A stretch of 64,000 nt of DNA. Origin: a bacterium (lineage in GTDB: Bacteria > Hinthialibacterota > Hinthialibacteria > Hinthialibacterales > Hinthialibacteraceae). This document shows, one piece after another, positions 20,422 to 30,982 of the stretch. A program made the position numbers and the translations under genes. Below the pieces are notes generated by a model, which saw only the letters and a program-made list of their open reading frames with translations, did not search any database and was not told the DNA's origin. The stretch is from NCBI GenBank assembly GCA_963662285.2, contig CAXXMV010000002.1:672001-736000 (forward strand). The letters run 5' to 3'. Numbering within the stretch: position 1 is the first letter of the stretch; each line of letters opens with the position of its first letter.

Positions 20422-21704
20422 TAGCTGAATACCTCAATAACTTTCTTAATCCCATGTCCCAGCGCGTCAATCTCTTCTTTAGTGTTATAAAAAGCCAGTG
20501 AAGCGCGGGCTGTGGCCGGGATGCCCAAACGGTCCATTACCGGCTGCGCGCAATGATGACCCGTGCGAACTGCAATGCCATATTTATCCAGGATGGTTCC
20601 TATGTCGTGAGGGTGAATATCCTCTATCAAAAACGAGATCACTGATGCTTTATCCTGGGCGGTTCCAATAATCTGCACTTCCGGTATATCGCTCAAAACC
20701 TGCGTGGCATAGTCCAACAGATCATGTTCGTACTGCGCAATGGCCTCTAAACCAATGGAGTTGAGATAATCAATCGCGGCGGCCATTCCGATACTGCCAG
20801 CGATATTGGGCGTCCCAGCTTCAAATTTATAAGGCAAATCGTTGTAAAGCGTCTTTTCAAATGAGACGTAACTGATCATGTCTCCACCGCCCTGATATGG
20901 CGGCATTGAGTTGAGATACTCGGACTTGCCGTACAATACGCCGGTCCCGGTGGGTCCGTAAATCTTATGCCCGGAAAAGACGAAGAAATCGCAATCAAGC
21001 GCCTGTACGTCAATCTTCTGGTGGGGAGCGCTTTGCGCTCCATCGATCAATACCGGAACCCCCCGGCTATGCGCCAGCCGGATAATATCTTCAATAGGAT
21101 TTATAGTTCCCAAAGCGTTTGAAACATGCACTACGGCCACCAAAGCCGTTTTGTCATTCAACAGTTTCTGGTATTTATCAAAAACCAGTTCGCCTTCATC
21201 GGTCATGGGGATTACCCGCAGAACCGCTCCGGTCTGTTCGCATAGCATCTGCCAGGGTACGATGTTGGCGTGATGCTCCATAGCTGAGATGATTATTTCA
21301 TCACCCTTATTTATCTTGGATCGCCCGTAACTGGAAGCTACTAGATTAATTCCCTCAGTGGCGTTGCGTACAAAAATAATCTCTTTGCTATCCGCCGCAT
21401 TGATAAATTTCTGCGCCGTCTGGCGGGCTTCTTCGTAAGCAGTAGTGCATTCCTGGCTTAGCAGATGAACCCCGCGGTGAATGTTGGAGTAATAATCCGA
21501 ATAAACGCTGGTTATAGCATCAATAACTGCGCGGGGCTTCTGGTTCGATGCAGCATTATCCAGATAAACCAACGGCTTGCCATGAACCGTCCGGCTAAGG
21601 ATAGGAAAATCCTGCCGGATTTTCGATATATCAAATGGTGGATTCTTCACAATTGTATTCTCTGATAAACCTTCTGATGTCAATGTGGTTTCTGTCGCCG
21701 CCAT
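20421..21704 (-). CDS. sufS: Cysteine desulfurase SufS
   Basis: YLDNAAS, SGHKIYGPTG, RTGHHCAQP. Confidence 0.96.
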   Translation of the reverse strand: MAATETTLTSEGLSENTIVKNPPFDISKIRQDFPILSRTVHGKPLVYLDNAASNQKPRAVIDAITSVYSDYYSNIHRGVHLLSQECTTAYEEARQTAQKFINAADSKEIIFVRNATEGINLVASSYGRSKINKGDEIIISAMEHHANIVPWQMLCEQTGAVLRVIPMTDEGELVFDKYQKLLNDKTALVAVVHVSNALGTINPIEDIIRLAHSRGVPVLIDGAQSAPHQKIDVQALDCDFFVFSGHKIYGPTGTGVLYGKSEYLNSMPPYQGGGDMISYVSFEKTLYNDLPYKFEAGTPNIAGSIGMAAAIDYLNSIGLEAIAQYEHDLLDYATQVLSDIPEVQIIGTAQDKASVISFLIEDIHPHDIGTILDKYGIAVRTGHHCAQPVMDRLGIPATARASLAFYNTKEEIDALGHGIKKVIEVFS

Positions 21705-21723
21705 GGTTCCAACTCCCTCTGCT

Positions 21724-23046
21724 TTATTGCACCGGCAATATATTGCGCAATATATGATCTAATTTTTCACGAAGAGATTCTATGCTGATCCGGCTTATCA
21801 CTTCACGCGCGAAAGCGTATGTCAAAAGCGCCTGGGCCGCTTTTTTATTGATGCCTCTGGCCTGAAGATAAAAGATGCTCTCCTTATCTAAATGACCGGT
21901 GGTGGCGCCATGTGAGCATTTAACGTCATCAGCATATATCTCTAATTGGGGCAGAGAATTGACCTGCGCGTCTTCTGATAAAAGTAAGGTATCGTTGTTT
22001 TGTTGGGCGTCAGTCTTCTGGGCGTCAGGGAACACATGAACCAGGCCTTTGAAAACTCCTGAACTTTTATCGGTCAGAATGCCTTTATATACTTCTTTGC
22101 TGGAGCAATTTGGCTTGGTATGATCTATCCATGTATGATTATCTATATGACGCTCGCCATCAGCCAGATACAGGCCGTTCAAGCCGCAGTGAATTCCTTC
22201 GCTGTCCAATACCGCCCTGATATCGTTCCTAACCAATACGCCGCCAAAAGCCATAGAGTGATTATTGTACTGGCTGTCTCTATCTTGATGGATATGCGAT
22301 ACTCCAACGTGAAACGCGTTATTCGATTCGTTTTGTAATTTACAATGCTCAATTGAGGCGTTGGCGCCGACTGTAATTTCCGTGACGGCATTGGTGAAAT
22401 ATTTCTCACCATCTTTTCCGGCATAACTCTCAATAATTTTGGCTTGAGAAGATCGCCCCGCCGCAATCACATTTCTTGGATGAGAGACGGTACTCTTTCC
22501 TATTGCAGAAGAGTAATAAAGAAAATGCACCGGGCGTTCCACTATCGTTCCGTTCGGGATATGGATATAAACGCCATCCTGCAGAAAAGCAGTATTGAGC
22601 GCTGCAAACGGGTTGTCATCAAAACTGCCTTTTCGCGCCAGATATGGCTCCAGGCGATCCGGTTCAGTCGCCAGCGTGACCGCCAAACTTTGTACGCATA
22701 CGCCATCTGGCAGATTATCCAGTTGCGATAAATTCGCATCGAAACGTCCATTCACGAAAACCAGCCGGTAGGCATTCAGTTGATCTATGAAATGATCATC
22801 CAGATCGCTTTGGACTACATTATGCTCTTTAACTTCATCTAATACGAAATCCTGCTCAATCAATGATGAGAGATTGGTGTGCCGCCACTCTTCATCTTTG
22901 ATAGTGGGGAATCCTAATTCACGAAAACGCGCGAAAGCCTCTTGGCGTATGCGGGGCAGCCAGTCCGGCTCTTTGTCCGCTATTTGGCTGACAAAGGCTT
23001 CGAAAGCGCTGTTATATTTATCTATCTGTTCCAAGACTTGGGTCAT
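21724..23046 (-). CDS. sufD: Fe-S cluster assembly protein SufD
   Basis: PQLEIYADDVKCSHGAT, FYLQARGI. Confidence 0.95.
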   Translation of the reverse strand: MTQVLEQIDKYNSAFEAFVSQIADKEPDWLPRIRQEAFARFRELGFPTIKDEEWRHTNLSSLIEQDFVLDEVKEHNVVQSDLDDHFIDQLNAYRLVFVNGRFDANLSQLDNLPDGVCVQSLAVTLATEPDRLEPYLARKGSFDDNPFAALNTAFLQDGVYIHIPNGTIVERPVHFLYYSSAIGKSTVSHPRNVIAAGRSSQAKIIESYAGKDGEKYFTNAVTEITVGANASIEHCKLQNESNNAFHVGVSHIHQDRDSQYNNHSMAFGGVLVRNDIRAVLDSEGIHCGLNGLYLADGERHIDNHTWIDHTKPNCSSKEVYKGILTDKSSGVFKGLVHVFPDAQKTDAQQNNDTLLLSEDAQVNSLPQLEIYADDVKCSHGATTGHLDKESIFYLQARGINKKAAQALLTYAFAREVISRISIESLREKLDHILRNILPVQ

Positions 23047-23082
23047 GGCGTTCGACTTCCTTTCACATTCAGGCTGGCAGGT

Positions 23083-23868
23083 TTACGCTCCAACAGTCGT
23101 CGCTGCGCCATGCTCTTCCTTCAACCAGTCGTAACCTTCTTGTTCAACCTTTTTAGCCAGATCAAAACTGCCTGATTTGACAATTTTTCCATCAGACAGA
23201 ATATGTACGTGTTCGGGCGTTAGATAATTCAGGATTCTCTCGTAATGGGTAATCACGATGATGGCGCGGTTTTCGTTGCGCAATTTTTGAACACCTTCCG
23301 CAACAATGCGTAATGCATCAACATCCAAGCCTGAATCGGTCTCATCCAGTATGGCCAGTTTTGGTTCGAGAACCGCCATGTGGAAAATTTCGTTGCGCTT
23401 CTTTTCACCACCGGAAAATCCTTCGTTAACCGAACGCTTTAATAGTTCCCGTGGAAGATCGACCAGACGGATTTTCTTGTCTATCAATTCAAGAAATTCA
23501 ATCGCATCCAGTTCTTCCTGGCCGCGATATTTCCTCACCGAGTTCAGCGCGGCTTTGAGGAAATAGGAATTTGATATTCCCGGAATCTCCACCGGATACT
23601 GAAATGCCATATATATGCCCTCACAGGCTCGCACATCAGCCGACATCTCCAACAGGTCCTTGCCTTCATAGGTAATAGAACCTTCAGTTATTTGGTACGC
23701 TTCATGACCGGCAATAGTCTGAGATAGAGTGCTTTTGCCCGAACCATTGGGTCCCATGATGGCGTGAACCTCACCGGCTTTAACTTCAAGATTGATCCCT
23801 TTCAGGATTTCTGTGTTTTCGACGTTTACATGCAAATTTTCTATTTTCAACATTTCATTGATCTCCAT
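23083..23868 (-). CDS. sufC: Fe-S cluster assembly ATPase SufC
   Basis: GPNGSGKST, FQYPVEIPG, NEGFSGGEKKRNE, LDETDSGLD. Confidence 0.97.
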   Translation of the reverse strand: MEINEMLKIENLHVNVENTEILKGINLEVKAGEVHAIMGPNGSGKSTLSQTIAGHEAYQITEGSITYEGKDLLEMSADVRACEGIYMAFQYPVEIPGISNSYFLKAALNSVRKYRGQEELDAIEFLELIDKKIRLVDLPRELLKRSVNEGFSGGEKKRNEIFHMAVLEPKLAILDETDSGLDVDALRIVAEGVQKLRNENRAIIVITHYERILNYLTPEHVHILSDGKIVKSGSFDLAKKVEQEGYDWLKEEHGAATTVGA

Positions 23869-23883
23869 TTCTGATTACTGCAA

Positions 23884-25329
23884 TTACCCGACGCTTCCTT
23901 CAAGACTGATGCTCAGAAGTTTCTGCGCTTCGACGGCGAATTCCATTGGCAAGACGCGAAATACATCTTTGCAAAATCCGTTCACTATCATACTAACCGC
24001 ATCTTCAACGCTCATGCCCCGCTGTTGGCAATAAAAAATCTGGTCTTCGCTGATCTTCGAGGTAGTCGCTTCGTGTTCGACCTGCGCTGTACTATTTTTG
24101 ACGTCTATATATGGAAAAGTGTGAGCGCCGCATTTGTCGCCCATCAGCATTGAATCGCATTGGGTGTAGTTTCTGGCATTCGAGGCGCCTTTTTGGATTT
24201 TCACCAGACCCCGGTAAGTATTCTGCGCAAATCCGGCTGAGATGCCTTTGGAGATGATAGTGCTCTTGGTGTTCTTGCCGATATGAATCATCTTGGTTCC
24301 GGTATCGGCCTGTTGATAATTATTGGTTAAGGCCACTGAATAAAACTCGCCCACTGAATCGTCGCCCAACAGAATGCAACTGGGGTATTTCCAGGTTACT
24401 GCTGAACCGGTTTCAACCTGAGTCCACGAGATTTTCGATCTGGCGCCCGCGCATTTACCGCGTTTGGTCACGAAATTAAATATTCCGCCTTTGCCCTCTT
24501 TATCGCCGGGATACCAGTTTTGTACGGTGGAATATTTAATCTCGGCGTCTTTCAAGGCGACCAGTTCTACCACCGCAGCATGCAATTGGTTTTCGTCGCG
24601 CATTGGCGCCGTGCAGCCTTCGAGATAACTGACGTAGGCGCCTTCATCGGCTATGATCAACGTACGCTCAAACTGTCCGGTATTAGCGGCGTTGATGCGG
24701 AAATAAGTCGATAACTCCATCGGGCAGCGCACGCCTTTGGGTACGTAGACGAAAGATCCGTCGCTGAATACAGCTGTATTCAGCGCCGCATAATAATTGT
24801 CTGTATGAGGAACCACTGATCCCAGGTATTGCTTAATCAGATCGGGATGATTTTTAACCGCTTCTGAAAATGAGCAGAAGATTATCCCGCTCTCAGCCAA
24901 TTTACCCTTAAATGTGGTCGCCACCGAAACGCTGTCGAATACCGCATCAACCGCAACCCCGGCCAGCATCATCTGCTCTTCAATAGGGATGCCCAGCTTG
25001 TTGTAGGTCGCCAATATCTCCGGATCAATCTCGTCCAGGCTATTAGGCCTGTCTTTATCGGTCTTTGGCGCCGCATAATAACTTATGGCCTGATAATCCA
25101 CTGATGGATATTTGAGATGGGGCCAGGTCGGCTCTTTCAACTCAAGCCAGTGGCGATACGCCTTAAGGCGCCATTCCAGCAGAAATTCCGGTTCTTCCTT
25201 AATTTTTGATATTTGCCGGATAACGTCTTCGCTTAGACCTATTGGAATCACATCCTGTTCAATGTCAGTTGTGAATCCATACTTATAATCCTGTAGTGCA
25301 TCTTGTACCGTCGTATCAGATGATATCAT
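23884..25329 (-). CDS. sufB: Fe-S cluster assembly protein SufB
   Basis: [38 protein letters not shown]. Confidence 0.97.
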   Translation of the reverse strand: MISSDTTVQDALQDYKYGFTTDIEQDVIPIGLSEDVIRQISKIKEEPEFLLEWRLKAYRHWLELKEPTWPHLKYPSVDYQAISYYAAPKTDKDRPNSLDEIDPEILATYNKLGIPIEEQMMLAGVAVDAVFDSVSVATTFKGKLAESGIIFCSFSEAVKNHPDLIKQYLGSVVPHTDNYYAALNTAVFSDGSFVYVPKGVRCPMELSTYFRINAANTGQFERTLIIADEGAYVSYLEGCTAPMRDENQLHAAVVELVALKDAEIKYSTVQNWYPGDKEGKGGIFNFVTKRGKCAGARSKISWTQVETGSAVTWKYPSCILLGDDSVGEFYSVALTNNYQQADTGTKMIHIGKNTKSTIISKGISAGFAQNTYRGLVKIQKGASNARNYTQCDSMLMGDKCGAHTFPYIDVKNSTAQVEHEATTSKISEDQIFYCQQRGMSVEDAVSMIVNGFCKDVFRVLPMEFAVEAQKLLSISLEGSVG

Positions 25330-25416
25330 AGTGATTCCCTTGATTTGCCAAGTGTTAAATATTACTGAAGTCGCCTTCAGCCGCCATATCAGTATTAAAA
25401 AGCTTAAAATCGTTAT

Positions 25417-25471
25417 AATTTACTTGACATTGTCAAGCTTATCCCATTCACTTGACGATGTCAAGTAAATT
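25417..25471. promoter_or_regulatory. Double palindromic operator upstream of sufB (CTTGAC-N3-GTCAAG x2)
   Basis: Boxes at 25423-25437 and 25451-25465; together they form a 21-bp inverted repeat with one mismatch. Confidence 0.75.
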
Positions 25472-25652
25472 TTCGCGATTATTTCATAATATTCAGAATA
25501 ATCCAAACAAAATGATATACGCCCCGATTTGGAACAGTATTTTGGATTTAATATAATTATCTATTGACAAAGTAAACTCATATATGCCAACATTTAGATT
25601 CGATAGATCCAATGTATTAAGTAATGATTTATAACCAGAAAGGATTGAGTGA

Positions 25653-27542
25653 ATGAACATTATCCGTAGAAATATATTACTATCATTAGCCATCATCATG
25701 CTGGCGAGTTCAGCATGGGCAGCGACAGATAATACCAGTAACTCTCCAACATTTCTGTGGTTGGATATCTGCACCAATGCCAATGGAACCGAAGGCGCTA
25801 ACGAAGAAGTAATACCTGGCATGTCGCCGGATGGGATTGATATTGGAGTGGATATCGGCGCTGATGGCACGATTGACCGCTGGTTATCTCAAGAAAAATC
25901 AGAGTATAACGGCGGTGGTAGTTACTCTGATGATGTTTTGCGGGTAGAAGGATGGCGCCGATACTTATTCCGTCTTGATGCAGATGCCGGCAAACAAGCT
26001 AAAATACGTATTGTCGATAAAAGCACATCCGAATACATCGCGGTTAATTCCATCCGCCTTAATTGCGCCGATGGCGTAGTCGTTCCCAACCTGGTTCCCA
26101 ACGGTGATTTTGAAGATTCCCCGGCGCTCAGCGGCTGGACTATCCTGGAAGGCAGCGTCACCGATCCCGCCAGTTTGATTGATGATAGCGGAAAGAACGT
26201 TTTTGGAACTCAGTTTTTCCACTGCGATAACTCAAGCACAGTAGTAATTGAATCTGATGCTTTCACGTTAGAACCTCCTACCAGTTTTATCATGGGAATA
26301 GCTGTCGGCGGCTGCTCGGAGAAATGGAACCGTATTAGCGGCGATAGTTACGTCTATATCGATGTGGGTTCCGAAACTGAAGATCCCAACGGGCAATATG
26401 ATGCGGGAACTGATGTTCCGCTGATTGGCCATAACCCTCTGGCCCAAAATGGAGACGCTGTACATTTTGCATTTGCGACATTCCTTAATACTTCTGGTTT
26501 AGAAGGCAAACGCGCCCAGGTCGTGGCGGTAGATAATAATCCTGATTACGCCGTAGCCCTCGACGCTATTCGCATGAACTGGGATAACAGCATAATCCGT
26601 AACGGGGATTTTGAAGAAGGTCTCGATGTTGCTGCTCTCGAAGAAGTCTGGGTCAGCGGTGAAGGCGGAGCGGCGCCACACTTACCGGAATCACATCCAT
26701 CCGGCGGTATACCCGGCTGGTCGGTTATAAAAACGCCTGACGGCGATGCATCATTTTCCTATTTCTCTGGAATAGTCGATGGCGACCATTGTTCCACTTG
26801 GGCTTGGGTTGGATCAGGCACCTATTTCGACGAAGATGGTTTCGCTTCCGGTGATGACACGGTCGCAACAGGCGCTGAATTACGCTCTGATGTCTTTGTC
26901 ATCCAACCGATCCCCGATCCCGCACAGAGTGTCTTTCTCCAGTTTGCCATAGCCCAGGGCATTCCCCGCTTCCGTGGCCCGGAAGAACTTGGCTTTGTCG
27001 GATTGAAGGTTGACGTCAATGGAAACAATCAATTCGAAGATGCAGAAGATTATACCTATAAAGTGGAATCTGACGGTAAAGGCTGGAATATGATGGTCTG
27101 CAAAATGGACCGCTGGCATTATCCCGAATACCGCTTCTATATAAAACCGGAACATCAAGGCAAACAAGCGGTTATCTATGTTGAAGACTCCACCGGAGGG
27201 AGCTATGGCTGGTTGAACGTGGACGACTTCTTCCTATGGGACGGCGAGCAAGCCTACCTTCCCTTCGAGAATGCCGATTTCGAAATGGGAGACGTTGATG
27301 GAACCATTCCCAATTGGACGGATGAATATTTCAACACAACCCTCGAAAGCTGGCTGGGCGTAACTCCTGAAACGTACAACGATGGAATTGGCATCAATGT
27401 AATGCTGAATGGACGCACAGCCACTGTTGATGGTAATTATTGCGGAGATTCGGCTGGCGGCGATGGCGGCCAGGGATCATTAACGTCAATCGCATTCACC
27501 CTGCCTGGAGTTACCAGCATCAACCAATGGTCATTATATTAA
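25653..27542 (+). CDS. Secreted acidic protein with about three carbohydrate-binding-like modules and C-terminal WSLY motif
   Basis: Signal peptide (AWA); repeated GK[QR]A.[IV]...D and N[GA]DFE...GW motifs; ends VTSINQWSLY. Confidence 0.75.
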   Translation: MNIIRRNILLSLAIIMLASSAWAATDNTSNSPTFLWLDICTNANGTEGANEEVIPGMSPDGIDIGVDIGADGTIDRWLSQEKSEYNGGGSYSDDVLRVEGWRRYLFRLDADAGKQAKIRIVDKSTSEYIAVNSIRLNCADGVVVPNLVPNGDFEDSPALSGWTILEGSVTDPASLIDDSGKNVFGTQFFHCDNSSTVVIESDAFTLEPPTSFIMGIAVGGCSEKWNRISGDSYVYIDVGSETEDPNGQYDAGTDVPLIGHNPLAQNGDAVHFAFATFLNTSGLEGKRAQVVAVDNNPDYAVALDAIRMNWDNSIIRNGDFEEGLDVAALEEVWVSGEGGAAPHLPESHPSGGIPGWSVIKTPDGDASFSYFSGIVDGDHCSTWAWVGSGTYFDEDGFASGDDTVATGAELRSDVFVIQPIPDPAQSVFLQFAIAQGIPRFRGPEELGFVGLKVDVNGNNQFEDAEDYTYKVESDGKGWNMMVCKMDRWHYPEYRFYIKPEHQGKQAVIYVEDSTGGSYGWLNVDDFFLWDGEQAYLPFENADFEMGDVDGTIPNWTDEYFNTTLESWLGVTPETYNDGIGINVMLNGRTATVDGNYCGDSAGGDGGQGSLTSIAFTLPGVTSINQWSLY

Positions 27543-27554
27543 TTCCTAACAAAA

Positions 27555-27591
27555 ATATCCCCAAAGTCCGAAAAATGGGCTTTGGGGATAT
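27555..27591. terminator. Hairpin terminator after 25653..27542
   Basis: atatccccaaagtcc-N7-gggctttggggatat. Confidence 0.65.
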
Positions 27592-27626
27592 ATATAATAC
27601 TTATTATATATAACTTATAATCGAGC

Positions 27627-27667
27627 GTGGGTGCTAAGGGCAAGACCGCAATGCGGTCAGCCCTTGA
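27627..27667 (+). repeat. 41-bp hairpin repeat, copy 2
   Basis: gtgggtgctaagggcaagaccgcaatgcggtcagcccttga. Confidence 0.85.
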
Positions 27668-27712
27668 TTCGACCGCTTACGATTTAGCCTATTACTTATT
27701 CAATACCACCTA

Positions 27713-29791
27713 TCATCGCACAGCTGAATTAAATACCCGTTTCCGTTCAGCTTTCGTAGAGATTGAACGGCGGTTGTTTTCGATGCTCATAACTGATACT
27801 CCTTGTGGCGCCAGGCTGCCGTTTTTAATCTGAGTCTTGGTCGGTATCGAAGCAATCCCGTTATCAAATTCAGCATACAAAGAGGCGCCGAAAATATCGT
27901 TGTATCCCCGCGTGACGCCATCCCATGATACGAAACCTAAATTATCATCATTCATAGCCACGCTGGTTCGCTGTGATGACGCAACGTTATCGATTAGTGG
28001 TGCAGCATCACCGATGAATAGATGATATTCAGCGTCATAGACTCTTCCGAAAACCTGGCTGGTTGTTTCATCATACCAGGTAATCATCAGTTGTCCGTCT
28101 TTCCAAGGCGCAATTGACGGCGCGATAAGTTGGTGAGATCCTTCTCCGGATGCAATAATGAATTCTTCTTCCAGAATATCTCCCTGATTGTTAATAACCG
28201 CAGCGTAAATTGAGGAATCGCCTGCTCCAGGATCATTATTACGCCAGACGATTACAAATTTTCCATCAATATATGCAATTCGAGGTTCACGGGCGTGATC
28301 GAAGAAATTATCGCTTCCACTGACTTGAATTTCTCTGACTTGGTCTGGTAATTGGCGTTCTTCATTATATTGAGTGGTTTTCGTTAAAATTCGGGCGTAT
28401 ACGTCATTCCTTTTGCGGCCATCATGTAAAACCCGGTCATCAGACCATACCGCAACAATGTCGCCGTTCGTATTAGCCGTAATATCAGGATGAGATGCAT
28501 TGGTGTTCTCGAAGGGGATGTTGATCTGGAAATCTGCTTCATCAATGGTCTGTGTTAAACTGCCAGTCCAATGAAGCCTTTTGGCAAAGATATCCATAAA
28601 TAGGTTTCTATCATCACGCCAGCAAATCACTATATCATTGTCGCTTAAAACCGAAATAGCTGGTTCAGCAGTGTTAGTGTTCTCAAAAAGGCTGTTAATT
28701 TCAACATCCTCAGTTACGCGGCGCACTCCAAAAGAATCAACCTGAGTCAGGTATATGCTGAATAATTTCTCAATGCTGCGGTTATCAGACCATACGATAT
28801 GCCGCAGTCCACCGAAATCAATATCCATATCCGGCGCCTGGGCTATGGTATCTTCAAAACCCTCATTTACCGTAAATGGCCCGTCAATTTTCATGCTATC
28901 AGCATTTATATTCCGTATAGCGATATCCTGAAAACCGCCGGTCAGATCGACGGCGACCACAGAGAAATTGTCATTCCTGTCAAATGCGGTTCTAGGGCTG
29001 AAAACATCCTGCTGATCTGACGTATTACTCAGTTCTACGATAGAACCAACCGTTATTCCATCTACCATAATTTCAGGAGTAGGCGTCGGAGTCGCAGTAA
29101 TTACAGGAGTTATGGTAGGCGTCGGATTAGCATTGGGATTTATATCGATGCCCAAGGCCTGTCTCATGACTGGATCAGAAACGGTATCTTTATTAAGTAG
29201 AAAGACTTCAAAATTATCAAACATGGCGGTAACCGCTGGCTGGTTAGATGATGGCGCCACGGCCAACTGGAATATCGGGATTATCGCTTGACCTTCGGGG
29301 CGGTATAACACATGGATATATTTATAATCTCCCATAAAACGCTCGCTATCAGTTTCGTAAGCGTAAGTCACGCTGCCGTTTATGTTTACAATTGATCCTC
29401 CGGGGGCTGCGTTTAATGCTCCGACGGCGATGGCGCCGCCTTTGGCCACTGATAATACTGATAAGCGTAATAGAACAAGGTCATTACCTACCGGAACCAC
29501 TGGGCCATAAACAAATGACCCCTGACCGGGCGCAGCGGTGATGCTGGCGCCTCGTCCATCAGAAAAACTTGAAGAAACCGGGCTGATAGGAATTACGCCT
29601 ATAGAAACGGAAGCCGCATCATAGTCCGGTCCGCTTTTGAAAAAATCCCAACCGTTTCCTTGAAGCGTATTGTTATCAAACGCCGCTTTATAAACAGGTT
29701 GCAAAACCTGGCCATTAACCGGGACGCTAAAAAAACATACACATAATATAGATGTAAAAACAATGAGATATTCACTTATATTCCTACGCAT
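27713..29791 (-). CDS. Secreted two-domain protein: N-terminal domain, Pro/Thr linker, repeat (beta-propeller-like) domain
   Basis: Signal peptide; PTPTITPVITATPTPTP linker; recurring P.I....IV.VW.DDR...D[IV][YF]A blades. Confidence 0.7.
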   Translation of the reverse strand: MRRNISEYLIVFTSILCVCFFSVPVNGQVLQPVYKAAFDNNTLQGNGWDFFKSGPDYDAASVSIGVIPISPVSSSFSDGRGASITAAPGQGSFVYGPVVPVGNDLVLLRLSVLSVAKGGAIAVGALNAAPGGSIVNINGSVTYAYETDSERFMGDYKYIHVLYRPEGQAIIPIFQLAVAPSSNQPAVTAMFDNFEVFLLNKDTVSDPVMRQALGIDINPNANPTPTITPVITATPTPTPEIMVDGITVGSIVELSNTSDQQDVFSPRTAFDRNDNFSVVAVDLTGGFQDIAIRNINADSMKIDGPFTVNEGFEDTIAQAPDMDIDFGGLRHIVWSDNRSIEKLFSIYLTQVDSFGVRRVTEDVEINSLFENTNTAEPAISVLSDNDIVICWRDDRNLFMDIFAKRLHWTGSLTQTIDEADFQINIPFENTNASHPDITANTNGDIVAVWSDDRVLHDGRKRNDVYARILTKTTQYNEERQLPDQVREIQVSGSDNFFDHAREPRIAYIDGKFVIVWRNNDPGAGDSSIYAAVINNQGDILEEEFIIASGEGSHQLIAPSIAPWKDGQLMITWYDETTSQVFGRVYDAEYHLFIGDAAPLIDNVASSQRTSVAMNDDNLGFVSWDGVTRGYNDIFGASLYAEFDNGIASIPTKTQIKNGSLAPQGVSVMSIENNRRSISTKAERKRVFNSAVR

Positions 29792-29979
29792 AGTAAGCCT
29801 CGCTCTCTAAAACGCTTTGGTTCACAAGATTCCTGAATTCATGACTTGTGATAATTATATCGTGAGAGAAATAAAATCAGCTATTTTTACAGTTTAACAT
29901 ACAGGGAATAAATAGCGGAATGAATAATAACATAGATATTTTGTTTAGAGAAATAGGGAAAGAAAGAGATACTTTGTGT

Positions 29980-30351
29980 TCAGCTTGCTTTTAGTTGGTA
30001 AGATTGGATTAGAATATCGGTTGGTATTCGTAAAGATTTATGAATGCGCCGGATCATGGCAATTGTAAGAGGTCGTTTTCTGGCCAGTATCTCGGATACG
30101 CGGGCGCGGGTTCCCAAAAGTGGCTCCAAGTCTTTACGAGTCATATCAAGGTCTTTCATACGGTGTAAAATAGCTTCAATTGGGTCTGGTTCTTCTATCG
30201 GGTGATTTTTGGCTTCATAGGCTTCGGCTAAAGTTGTTAAAACATCAAGCCGGTCGCCATCAGGAGTATCCATTTCTGCATCCATCAGCTGGTCAATCTC
30301 TATCAAAACAGCCTTATAATCGGTTTCGCTCTTAATTGGTTTGATGTCCAT
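29980..30351 (-). CDS. higA: HigA-type HTH antitoxin
   Basis: MDIKPIKSETDY..., EAYEAKNHPIEEPDPIEAI, RVSEILARKRPLT; follows higB. Start taken at the ATG at 30351. Confidence 0.9.
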   Translation of the reverse strand: MDIKPIKSETDYKAVLIEIDQLMDAEMDTPDGDRLDVLTTLAEAYEAKNHPIEEPDPIEAILHRMKDLDMTRKDLEPLLGTRARVSEILARKRPLTIAMIRRIHKSLRIPTDILIQSYQLKAS

Positions 30352-30367
30352 ATCGTTTTTCTCGCTC

Positions 30368-30661
30368 TTAAATGGTGTTTGCGTCAATTACAGAATATTT
30401 TTTATGGATTCCAATGAACCGGATATATACAATTCGGTAAGGGTAATTGATTCGCACGACAAGGCGGAATTTATTCCCGCCAATGTTAAAACAAACCCTG
30501 TTTCCTTCCAGAAAACTAGCTTTTCGATAATCCGATTTTACCTCATCCGAATTTGACCAGTCAGCAGCGAATACGATCTTAAACCATGCTTTCAAAGGCT
30601 GTTCCGCTTGTGGATGATGTTTCCAAAATTCCCGTAATGTACTCCGCGAGATTATCCTCAT
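30368..30661 (-). CDS. higB: HigB mRNA interferase toxin
   Basis: MRIISRSTLREFW, FNIGGNKFRLVVRINY, YIRFIGIH. Confidence 0.9.
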   Translation of the reverse strand: MRIISRSTLREFWKHHPQAEQPLKAWFKIVFAADWSNSDEVKSDYRKASFLEGNRVCFNIGGNKFRLVVRINYPYRIVYIRFIGIHKKYSVIDANTI

Positions 30662-30666
30662 TACCT

Positions 30667-30695
30667 ATAATAACATGTTCCCGAAATGGGAGCAA
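30667..30695 (-). promoter_or_regulatory. higBA promoter/operator, probably leaderless
   Basis: Minus strand TTGCTC-17-TATTAT, 5 nt before the ATG; spacer contains a TCCC...GGGA palindrome. Confidence 0.6.
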
Positions 30696-30903
30696 GTGTT
30701 TTTTTGAAATAGCGATGTGTGACAAGATGGATCGGTACATAGTTTTTTTGCATAGAGTCTTGCGGATAAGTTCCTTGTCTGCGCCATAATTACCCGTAGT
30801 CATTTGCGCTAGTATCCAATTATACTTCTGCTAATTTGCATTCTTGCAAAGCCGAGGAGAGATAATATTTTTCTTGCTTTTTTATAAAAGGTATACTGGA
30901 ATC

Positions 30904-30972
30904 AAGGCAACTATTGTCTATTTTTATCAAAAGAAATACAAAGAGAATCCAGAAAAATATACCTTAAGTTAA
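30904..30972 (+). pseudogene. Internally deleted RelE-like toxin remnant
   Basis: (AAG)-ATIVYFYQ joined to KKYKENPEKYTLS*, directly upstream of an orphan antitoxin; begins 7 nt after a TATACT box. Confidence 0.45.
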
Positions 30973-30982
30973 GAGGTGGATT

